DNA of 41,805 nt from a virus: IMG/VR virus record IMGVR_UViG_3300045950_000203, positions 1-41,805 of that record. The stretch is one strand, 5' to 3'. The position numbers and the translations under genes are program-made. Within the stretch, counting starts at the first letter, position 1. Every line of letters begins with the position of its first letter. Under the pieces are notes generated by a model. It had not been told where the DNA came from and did not search any database. It was given only the letters and a program-made list of their open reading frames with translations. Below, one piece after another: positions 27,132-33,460 of this stretch.

Positions 27132-27367
27132 TGCCTAAACATACCGTAAAGGAAGCCCTCCGCCATCCCGATGTCCTTGGCGCTGGCGCTAAAAAACGAA
27201 AAAAACTCAAATCCACCAAAGAAAAAATCCACGCCGTCATGGCCGAATTTGAACGCGGAACCCTTCACTCCGGCTCCGGCGAAAAAGTCACCTCCCGCAA
27301 GCAAGCCGTCGCTATCGCTATGTCCGAAGCCGGAACCTCCAAAAAGAAAAAGAAAAAAAGGAACTAA
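27131..27367 (+). CDS. Small basic protein (DUF6496-like).
   Basis: VMAEFERGTLHSGSGEKVTSRKQAVAIAMSEAG resembles the conserved core of that family. It is chosen over the overlapping frame 27171..27386. Confidence 0.5.
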   Translation: MPKHTVKEALRHPDVLGAGAKKRKKLKSTKEKIHAVMAEFERGTLHSGSGEKVTSRKQAVAIAMSEAGTSKKKKKKRN

Positions 27368-27369
27368 CC

Positions 27370-27651
27370 ATGCCCCAAACCCTTAACATCAAACCCGAAC
27401 AAGTCGCTAAACTTAACTCCGCCATCAAAAAGGCAACCCCCTTCGTCTCCGCTGCCTCCACCTTCGCCCCACCCCACCTCCAAGATCAAACAGAAATGCT
27501 CGCCACATTCCTCATGGAATACACCACCAAAGTCGCCCCCCTCCTCACTAAAGCCGCCTCTGACGGAAAAATCGATGAATCCGAAATGCTCACCCTCGCA
27601 ATGGCCCTACTCTCTGCCGTCTCCCTCGCCACTACCCCACAAAATACGTAA
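27370..27651 (+). CDS. Hypothetical protein.
   Basis: 93-aa ORF, last gene of the C-rich plus-strand island. Confidence 0.45.
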   Translation: MPQTLNIKPEQVAKLNSAIKKATPFVSAASTFAPPHLQDQTEMLATFLMEYTTKVAPLLTKAASDGKIDESEMLTLAMALLSAVSLATTPQNT

Positions 27652-27774
27652 ACCACTATGGCTAATTTACTCCCTGCATCCTCATAACCTAATAAATCAT
27701 AAATAAACTTTACAATCCCCCTACTCCCTGCTATCCTAAAACCATAATTCTATAGCCAGCAATCCCAAAACACA

Positions 27775-27800
27775 AAAGCCACGATCAAAACCGTGGCTTT
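27775..27800. terminator. Bidirectional hairpin terminator between convergent operons.
   Basis: AAAGCCACG-atcaaaac-CGTGGCTTT is a 9-bp stem with A/T runs on both sides. Confidence 0.6.
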
Positions 27801-28105
27801 CGTCTTGCCAAAATCTCTGCTTGTCAGCTATATCCTAGCTTATATCCTATATATATACATCAATTTAAAACTCCTATCAATCAATTTATATAGATGTATA
27901 ACGATTGTATTACAAGGAAATCATGCTCATGTGTATGAAACCCTGAGCCCCCAAAAGCGAGTTTCATAGAAAAAACGGAAATTTTTTATCCATTCAGAGG
28001 AAAGAAGAGGTAGACAAAAGAGAGTTGAGAAGCAGAAATGAAGGAGGGAGAGAAACCATCAGCGAGAAGAATCACATCGAGGACAGAATTCGTTTGCCTC
28101 TTTTT

Positions 28106-28182
28106 TCGGACTTGGAACCGGCTATCGCCCTATGCGATGGAGGGTTTACGCCCTTTCGGGCGCTTTCTCTGTAGAACTGTCC
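28106..28182 (-). other. Structured 3' element Y (minus strand) after gene 28183..28440, related to element X.
   Basis: On the minus strand it reads GGACAG..., then CGCCC-GAAA-GGGCG (28149-62, GNRA loop), ATCGC-atagg-GCGAT, and ...CCGGTTCCAAGTCCG (28107-21). Confidence 0.5.
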
Positions 28183-28440
28183 TCACCTATCCAAACTTCT
28201 TACTGCATTTTCTATCTCGGAATTTACAGAGTTTCCATAAAAATCGAAGATTCCTCCGGCCTTAGAGACGATCGTTCTTTCCCACTCATCTTGGGTATAA
28301 TTCCATCCACCAGTAGCAAAGTCCTCACGATAAAATTCTGGTGTTTGAAAATACCAGCTCACTCGTTGATATTTACCATTCTGCTTCACCCGATAAACAG
28401 CAACACCATGATAAGACGAAATAAACTCTACTGTAATCAT
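28183..28440 (-). CDS. Hypothetical protein.
   Basis: 85-aa ORF with an AAGGAAG SD. Confidence 0.5.
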   Translation of the reverse strand: MITVEFISSYHGVAVYRVKQNGKYQRVSWYFQTPEFYREDFATGGWNYTQDEWERTIVSKAGGIFDFYGNSVNSEIENAVRSLDR

Positions 28441-28476
28441 ATTTTCTTCCTTTGTTTACTTTTGTTGTTTGTTTAT

Positions 28477-28540
28477 TCCGGACTTGGAACCGGACCTCGT
28501 TTCACGAGGGGCCTTACAGGGGTTGCCCCCTGTCCTCGGT
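28477..28540 (-). other. Structured 3' element X (minus strand) after gene 28541..28855.
   Basis: On the minus strand it reads GGACAG, then CAGGGG-GCAA-CCCCTG (28517-32, GNRA loop), CCTCG-tgaaa-CGAGG, and CCGGTTCCAAGTCCGG (28479-93). Confidence 0.5.
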
Positions 28541-28855
28541 TTAGAACGGGCCATTCTGGCAATGCTCGATGCCGTAGCCGAAGCGCCGGCATCGGCAAGG
28601 CTCACCTGCCAGATCGCAGGGACACGGTGGAGGAGTAGATGGCCGATCTTCGCAAGCGACACAAAGGACATCAGCTTCCAACCGAATACCATCGACCTCC
28701 AGAACGGCATAGTCCTTGCGGGTGTCCTCGCAAACTACACACCCAGAAAACCCGCTGCCTCCACATACCGGACATGAAATTTCACGGAGGCGACCTGTCG
28801 GCCCTTCGATAATTACTGTCTGCCAACCCATGCACTCACGACATTTTTGACTCAT
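28541..28855 (-). CDS. Cys-rich zinc-ribbon protein (four CxxC motifs plus CPC and CRC).
   Basis: 104 aa with a strong AAGGAGGG SD. Motifs are CREC, CPVCGGSG (DnaJ-type CxxCxGxG), CVVC and CVAC. Codon usage is GC-rich, unlike the rest of the phage. Confidence 0.65.
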   Translation of the reverse strand: MSQKCRECMGWQTVIIEGPTGRLREISCPVCGGSGFSGCVVCEDTRKDYAVLEVDGIRLEADVLCVACEDRPSTPPPCPCDLAGEPCRCRRFGYGIEHCQNGPF

Positions 28856-29018
28856 TTTCCCTCCTTTCTCTAGGACACCGAGTACTGACCTCCGTTACCG
28901 ACGTAAATACTTTCGATGTCCATGTACACACATCACAAACAGCCACGAACAGTGAGTAAACATTCCCCTGCTCACTACGCTCTGGCCGCCAAAAGATCTT
29001 TAGCTCATGCTGCATCAT
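28836..29018 (-). CDS. Hypothetical small protein (60 aa).
   Basis: An AAGGAG SD lies 7 nt before ATGATG at 29018. The longer track ORF (to 29117) lacks an SD. Confidence 0.45.
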   Translation of the reverse strand: MMQHELKIFWRPERSEQGNVYSLFVAVCDVCTWTSKVFTSVTEVSTRCPRERRENESKMS

Positions 29019-29178
29019 GATCTTCTCCTTTCTCAGCTTGCGTCTCCAGATAAATCCAGAGCAGCGACAGAAACATGCGAGGCCGGAAATAGACCGGGAA
29101 AGCATAGTAAAACTCACGAATTCCCGGCCAGATTTGATCGGCTTGTCTGAGGTTCCTTGTAGTAATCACGCCTTTCAT
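29005..29178 (-). CDS. Hypothetical small protein (57 aa, below the ORF-track cut-off).
   Basis: An AAAGGAG SD precedes ATG 29178. The product is MKGVITTRNLRQADQIWPGIREFYYAFPVYFRPRMFLSLLWIYLETQAEKGEDHDAA*. The stop overlaps the next start. Confidence 0.4.
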   Translation of the reverse strand: MKGVITTRNLRQADQIWPGIREFYYAFPVYFRPRMFLSLLWIYLETQAEKGEDHDAA

Positions 29179-29208
29179 TGTTTTTCTCCTTTGTTATCCT
29201 TATTTATG

Positions 29209-29418
29209 CTAAATATCGGCGATCGTCACAAGTCGGTCGATTTTCACAGCTAGTTTGTGCCAACGCCGCGCTAGTCCATGATCTTGCCAGTTAACTTCAA
29301 CATGCTGCCATTTATCAAAACAGACTTGTGCCAGCGCTTCAAGCACTGACGAAATACCATTTCGATCGATCAATATTTCAAGCTCTTCTTCCAATTTTTT
29401 CATATCTTCCTGATTCAT
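29209..29418 (-). CDS. Hypothetical small protein (69 aa).
   Basis: An AAGGAG SD precedes ATG 29418 (MNQEDMKKLEEELEILIDRNG...). The upstream part of the track ORF overlaps the promoter. Confidence 0.5.
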   Translation of the reverse strand: MNQEDMKKLEEELEILIDRNGISSVLEALAQVCFDKWQHVEVNWQDHGLARRWHKLAVKIDRLVTIADI

Positions 29419-29461
29419 AGAAAACTCCTTTAAACTATCCTGTTTTACTATTTCTATGGAC

Positions 29462-29490
29462 AGTATAATATGATTGTAATACAATGTCAA
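29462..29490 (-). promoter_or_regulatory. Near-consensus sigma70 promoter (leftward) with an embedded TTGTATTACAA dyad.
   Basis: On the minus strand: TTGACA (29490-85), a 17-nt spacer containing TTGTATTACAA (29484-74), TATACT (29467-62). Confidence 0.7.
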
Positions 29491-29607
29491 GGAAAAAAAG
29501 CAGGCAAGAAGATTTTTTTTGATTTTCAGAAATAGCAGGAAATTAGGGACTCTTCCGGGACACAACAAAAAATACACCGATCAACGATGTCCGTCTGAAA
29601 TGAACTC

Positions 29608-29636
29608 TTGACATTTCTGCTCTACGGATATATACT
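29608..29636 (+). promoter_or_regulatory. Near-consensus sigma70 promoter (rightward) with no ORF downstream.
   Basis: TTGACA 29608-13, 17-nt spacer, TATACT 29631-36. Confidence 0.7.
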
Positions 29637-29664
29637 GGTATTAGAGGAAAGAGACTTATCGATC

Positions 29665-29869
29665 GGCCGGCCGGTAGAACTAGTGGGGCTATCTACCAAC
29701 CGGTCGGTAGATAGCCCGCGGCAGTTTTACCGCAATGGTGTGGTAAATTTACCACAGTGGCAGTTCTGCCACATATAGCAATTTCGCCACATCTATGTGG
29801 TAATTTCGCCACAGTTTTAGCTCCGACCGACCGGTCGGTAGATAATTTGATGTTAAATCGTTTAACATC
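29665..29869. promoter_or_regulatory. Dense dyad-symmetry/iteron array (candidate operators, origin or ncRNA template).
   Basis: It contains a 32-bp palindrome (29686-29717) and GTGG-N8-CCAC dyads at 29740-55, 29757-72 and 29797-812. It also contains CCACATCTATGTGG (29787-800), ACCGGTCGGTAGATA twice (29699-713, 29830-44) and GATGTTAAA-tcg-TTTAACATC (29849-69). Confidence 0.7.
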
Positions 29870-29919
29870 AAAACATTCCCGATGAGAAATCGGCAATATC
29901 GTGTCCAATTTTAAGCTTT

Positions 29920-30351
29920 TTACTCGGATTCTGAGAATTCTTCGACTAAATCTACGATTTCCTGGTCTTTTTTCAGATCATCCATGAACGATTTCTGAAG
30001 TAGTTGGCGAGCTAAAGCTTGACGCGCTTCTGGATATGGACCAAGTACTTCCATCAATGTGCCGATCATCTTATCCCAGTTAACGTTCTGCGTTTCCCGA
30101 GTATGATGTGAAATCTGGGTAGGTTTGCCTAGAATACGATCCAGCAGCTCATGAATCGCAGGAAGCGAACCTCCTCGCGCTTGTCGAACCAGCTCACGTA
30201 CTACAGCAATCATATCCTCCAATGACACCGCATAATAAAATGCCTCACGAAACTTCGAGATGTCTACTTTCTTCGCTTTATGCGTTAAATAGGGCACCGC
30301 CGGATTCTCAATCGACGGTAGAGATCTAAAGTGTGGTTTTTTCCTACTCAT
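29920..30351 (-). CDS. Hypothetical helical protein, possibly DNA-binding and possibly leaderless.
   Basis: 143 aa from ATG 30351 (MSRKKPHFRS...). A TATAAT -10 lies only 6 nt upstream. The segment ...ARGGSLPAIHELLDRILGKPTQ resembles a motif seen in small phage DNA-binding or small-terminase-like proteins. Confidence 0.5.
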   Translation of the reverse strand: MSRKKPHFRSLPSIENPAVPYLTHKAKKVDISKFREAFYYAVSLEDMIAVVRELVRQARGGSLPAIHELLDRILGKPTQISHHTRETQNVNWDKMIGTLMEVLGPYPEARQALARQLLQKSFMDDLKKDQEIVDLVEEFSESE

Positions 30352-30357
30352 ACACCC

Positions 30358-30386
30358 ATTATAGCATAAAATTATCTGTTTAACAA
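30358..30386 (-). promoter_or_regulatory. sigma70-type promoter abutting the start codon.
   Basis: On the minus strand: TTGTTA (30386-81), 17-nt spacer, TATAAT (30363-58). ATG is at 30351. Confidence 0.55.
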
Positions 30387-30394
30387 ATGACAAA

Positions 30395-30415
30395 TGTGTT
30401 CAATTTTTGAACACA
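30395..30415. promoter_or_regulatory. Perfect 9-bp-arm palindrome upstream of that promoter.
   Basis: TGTGTTCAA-ttt-TTGAACACA. Confidence 0.7.
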
Positions 30416-30642
30416 TCACCTGTGAAAATATTTTCATATTGAATAAAACAGAAAAATGGTAAACTATTACCCACAAATATATAATTATTTAATACTAATT
30501 ATATCTACCTAACTGAAGAACGACATTCAGCTATTAACTGTATAATATTAAAGAACTTTAGAAGTGTTGGATAACCCTACACTTTTGTCACTTTATACCG
30601 CAAAGTGGAAAAACCCTAATAATTTCAACTACTTACGCGATT

Positions 30643-31324
30643 ATGTGACAATGTGACAGTGAAACCTCGCGGGTTGGCATGGAGGTAGGCGGGATCATTG
30701 AGGAATTTGTTAAAAATTGTATATATCTGGTATTATTCAGGAATTTGGTCGTGGAAATTGGAAATGTGACAATGTGACAAAATGATTTTAACAGATAATC
30801 AAGTAATATCAGATAGATGAGTGTGTTTTTCGGTTTCAAAAAATTGTCACATTGGAGGGAAGGTATATTGCGCGCGTATGCGCGCGTATACTATGTACTG
30901 TCAGTAGATACTATTCACGCGCGCGCAGGTAAAAGTATATGGTCCTATGTCTTCGATGTGACAGTTTTTTGAATCTCAACTACTTTGGAGATGGGTGATT
31001 TTTAACAGGAATTTTCATTTTAGGGTTTGTCACATTGTCACATTTTCGATTTCCGTGGCCGGAATCGTGAATAATTTCGGGTAGTTACGAAAACGCTTTA
31101 AAAGCATAGGGTTACTGGTCGGTTGGGGTTCAGATGGAAATCAATTGAAGGTGTTTAAATCGTAAGTTATTGAAGTAGAAGGGTAAAAAAAATGTGACAA
31201 TGTGACAGGCCGGAAATTGAGGGTTTTGGGGGCGGAATTTTTTACAATTAGAGTATAATTGTTAGAGTTGGAGAAGAAAGGATAAGGAAGTCAATGAATT
31301 AGGGGCGTGAAAAAAAATGTGACA
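30643..31324. repeat. Dispersed ATGTGACA iterons (four tandem doublets plus three singles, in both orientations).
   Basis: ATGTGACAATGTGACA occurs at 30643-58, 30764-79 and 31192-207, and inverted at 31028-43. Singles occur at 30845-52 (inverted), 30956-63 and 31317-24. Most are preceded by an A-run. Confidence 0.85.
30838..30970. repeat. Dyad element of about 133 bp with alternating purine-pyrimidine GC cores.
   Basis: The outer arms are AAAAAATTGTCACAT and ATGTGACAGTTTTTT. The inner elements are TGCGCGCGTATGCGCGCGTATA (30869-90, 22 nt strictly alternating Py-Pu) and CACGCGCGCGCA (30916-27). The central element is TACTGtCAGTA. Confidence 0.8.
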
Positions 31325-31644
31325 AAATTTAATGCGATGGATAGGGGGGGATTGGGGCTTATTGAGATTTTAGGTTATGGGGACAGAGGAAGTGGCGGAT
31401 TTTGGTGTTGGTTTTTTGGGGGTTTTGGGGTGACATTGATTTAAAGGGGTCAAATTTGACCGCTATTGCACGATCGTTTTTATGATGGAGGAAGAGGCTA
31501 TCAGAGAGGTGATCGTTTAATCTGGAGGCTTTTTAGGGCATAGAAATTAGGAATAGTTGATTAGTGGTTGGGTTTTAAGAAGGGGGTATCAAGGATCTTC
31601 ATCGTCGAATTCAGAAGATCTTTCGTTTGGATGGATGTGGTAAA

Positions 31645-31881
31645 TCAGTGATTGCTTTCATCATTGTTTATTACTCCTTTTTGGCATTCTTTTTTTTCGA
31701 GTTGACGGCCGTGGTGAATACCAAGTTGGACGCCGAGCGCGAAGACGATTGTTATTGTAAGCAGGATCATTAGAAAGCGGTTTAGAGAGTCGGTTATCCA
31801 GAATTCCCAGTTTTCGGGATTAGGATATTTTGGTTTCCACAGGTGCATCGGTTCTATTCTCCTTTTTTTCTTCGAGGGCAT
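31645..31881 (-). CDS. Small membrane protein.
   Basis: 78 aa with one clear TM segment (FLMILLTITIVFALGVQLGI). Confidence 0.5.
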   Translation of the reverse strand: MPSKKKRRIEPMHLWKPKYPNPENWEFWITDSLNRFLMILLTITIVFALGVQLGIHHGRQLEKKECQKGVINNDESNH

Positions 31882-32251
31882 CGAATTTTTGATGGATTTT
31901 TCTCCAGTAATTGAGTTCTCCTCCAGATTTAGATTTTGTGATTTCTTGGAATATTATAACTGCATCGTCGATAGAAAGTCCCAATTTGTTTCTTCTGTAA
32001 TCTGCTTCTCTGCGAAGAAGATCGATATTCTCTGTTATTTCATACCATTTTCTTTCTTCTGTTGTATGGATATTTTGAACAAGTTGATATTGTCCGCACC
32101 AATCTTCAGGTTTGACTAATGGGAATCGACTTGTAAAGGCACCTGAGATTTCAAATATTTCGGGAGGCCAATAACGGCACCAGCCTATTTTTTCCAGTTC
32201 TTTTGTTGGATCTTGTTTCCAGAATCGGCAGTTTTCGCATTTTTCGTTCAT
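31820..32251 (-). CDS. Hypothetical protein with an N-terminal Cys-rich (CxxC...C...C) domain.
   Basis: 143 aa. CENCRFW...GWCRYWPP...DWCG resembles a small domain recurrent in phage early genes. Confidence 0.55.
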   Translation of the reverse strand: MNEKCENCRFWKQDPTKELEKIGWCRYWPPEIFEISGAFTSRFPLVKPEDWCGQYQLVQNIHTTEERKWYEITENIDLLRREADYRRNKLGLSIDDAVIIFQEITKSKSGGELNYWRKIHQKFDALEEKKENRTDAPVETKIS

Positions 32252-32397
32252 TAGAGGATTTCCTTTCTATCTTTCTTTTAAAAACAATGGGTTACAAATT
32301 GGAAATGGTCTATAATCGGTGATCTTCTTTTAATTGAAGGGAGGGACGATCTAGGAGGTGATCGTTGATTATAGAGCCAATTTGACATCAAGGAATG

Positions 32398-33060
32398 TCA
32401 TTCCTTTTTTTGGTAGTCAGTAATTTCTTGAATTTCTCCGACAGTCATTTTGATTTCTGGGTTTTTTCCACTGGGATAAAATAATCCATAGATTCTAACT
32501 GGTCTTTGAGGGTTATTGGATTTAGCGATTTCAAACTTTTTTTCTTGATAGCATTTGATAAGAGATTGTGAATCTAATTCTCTAAAGCCTTGTCGGAAAG
32601 GAACATTTTTCAGGAAGAATGGAAAATCAAAAGTATCTGATTTTTCAATTAGAGAGCCGATTACGAACATCTTTGCTTTGGGATTTTCCTTTATTATTTC
32701 GTCAGCGATTTTAGGTAGAGAATCTTCTGTTATTCCTCGGGTTCCGCAGATTATTTTTCCGCATTCTCTCATTTCTGGGATGCCGGGAAGATATTCTCCT
32801 GGATATAAATCGATTGTAATGCCTTTTTCCTTCAGTTTTTGTAGAGGGATATCAGAGCGGACTCCGATGATTTTTCCTTGACAGAAAATTTCTGCCCCGG
32901 ACCGATCTGTATTTTGGGCAAAGAGGATCATATCCCCGAAGTTCATTTTGCAGGCGACGTTTGCTGCGACTCGTCGGCAGAATTCGAGCAAATTTGCCTC
33001 TCTAATAAATTCCTTTTTTTTGTAGTACTGTTGTCCTATGAAATGTAACCAAACTATCAT
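32398..33060 (-). CDS. Hypothetical protein.
   Basis: 220-aa ORF with an AAAGGAG SD. No motif recognised. Confidence 0.55.
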   Translation of the reverse strand: MIVWLHFIGQQYYKKKEFIREANLLEFCRRVAANVACKMNFGDMILFAQNTDRSGAEIFCQGKIIGVRSDIPLQKLKEKGITIDLYPGEYLPGIPEMRECGKIICGTRGITEDSLPKIADEIIKENPKAKMFVIGSLIEKSDTFDFPFFLKNVPFRQGFRELDSQSLIKCYQEKKFEIAKSNNPQRPVRIYGLFYPSGKNPEIKMTVGEIQEITDYQKKE

Positions 33061-33092
33061 TTTTTTCTCCTTTGTTTTATCACTGTAATATA

Positions 33093-33121
33093 AATGTAAT
33101 ACTTCGGAACGAGATTGTCAA
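33093..33121 (-). promoter_or_regulatory. sigma70-type promoter for the 33060 -> 31645 operon.
   Basis: On the minus strand: TTGACA (33121-16), 17-nt spacer, TACATT (33098-93). Confidence 0.5.
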
Positions 33122-33140
33122 GAGAAAAAAACAGAAAATT

Positions 33141-33335
33141 TTAGGCTGTCAGATAATCGGACAGAATTGTGCGTATAATGGAGGATTTAGTCCGGTTGTT
33201 CTTTTTTGCAATTTGACTTACGAGAAGATGGAGGTCTTTGGGTAAACGCACACAGATTGTTTTTCCTTCTTTCATGGTTCCGTAATCAATGTTATCGAAG
33301 CTGATTTCAGATTTTCGATTTTCTTTTTCTTCCAT
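33141..33335 (-). CDS. Ribbon-helix-helix (CopG/Arc-type) transcriptional regulator.
   Basis: KTICVRLPKDLHLLVSQIAKKNNRTKSSIIRTILSDYL shows the beta-strand, helix, helix pattern. An AAGGAG SD is present. The gene is divergent from the recombination operon. Confidence 0.7.
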   Translation of the reverse strand: MEEKENRKSEISFDNIDYGTMKEGKTICVRLPKDLHLLVSQIAKKNNRTKSSIIRTILSDYLTA

Positions 33336-33354
33336 GTTTTTACTCCTTTATATA

Positions 33355-33421
33355 AAGATAATACATTTTTTTTACATTGTCAATATTTTTCTCTTGACAA
33401 TTGTAATATAATGTGTATATT
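33355..33421. promoter_or_regulatory. Overlapping divergent promoters (switch region).
   Basis: Leftward: TTGACA (33383-78) / 17 nt / TATCTT (33360-55). Rightward: TTGACA 33394-99 / 16 nt / TATATT 33416-21. A TTGTAATATAA dyad-like motif lies in the spacer. Confidence 0.55.
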
Positions 33422-33460
33422 TAGATGAAAGGAAATCAAAAAGAAAATAGGAGATACAAA

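Noticed and set aside
25267-27386. Overlapping alternative frames 25267..25476, 26174..26374, 26517..26723(-), 26968..27240(-) and 27171..27386.
   Set aside because: Each overlaps a better-supported ORF with an SD or a recognisable family motif. They are open because of the skewed C-rich composition.
27680-27740. Possible inverted-repeat relationship with 31330..31390 (shared CATAACCTAA and CAATCCCCC in the same order), hinting at a 3.7-kb cassette bounded by inverted repeats.
   Set aside because: Both segments are low-complexity C/A/T-rich sequence. The matches are short with variable spacing, so chance similarity cannot be excluded without a proper alignment statistic.
28477-28493. tRNA fragment or attP core suggested by the T-loop-like GGTTCCAAGTCC.
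   Set aside because: The flanking arms give an 8-nt loop and no acceptor stem or cloverleaf. The same 15-mer occurs twice after ORFs, so it fits a repeated RNA element better than a tRNA remnant.
28038-28777. Plus-strand track ORFs 28038..28265, 28132..28638 and 28469..28777, and minus-strand 28456..28710.
   Set aside because: They are antisense or overlapping frames in a GC-rich block. The minus-strand ORFs 28183..28440 and 28541..28855 have strong SDs and a coherent operon context.
29693-29908. 71-aa minus-strand ORF with repeated LPH(R/H)CG motifs.
   Set aside because: The amino-acid repeats are simply translations of the GTGG-N8-CCAC DNA dyads. There is no SD, and the ORF lies in a promoter/operator-like region.
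30633-30839. 68-codon TTG-initiated minus-strand ORF in the iteron region.
   Set aside because: It has no SD and reads straight through two ATGTGACA doublets, giving CHIV/SHCHII. It is probably fortuitous, although a small protein cannot be excluded.
30869-30927. Protelomerase telomere-resolution site, by analogy with the TACGCGCGTA core of N15 telO.
   Set aside because: The element is not a single perfect palindrome, and no protelomerase-sized tyrosine-recombinase-like ORF exists in the genome. I keep it only as a structural curiosity within the iteron finding.
30643-31324. CRISPR-like array.
   Set aside because: The repeats are only 8-16 bp, irregularly spaced at about 80-260 bp, and present in both orientations. 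There are no cas genes.
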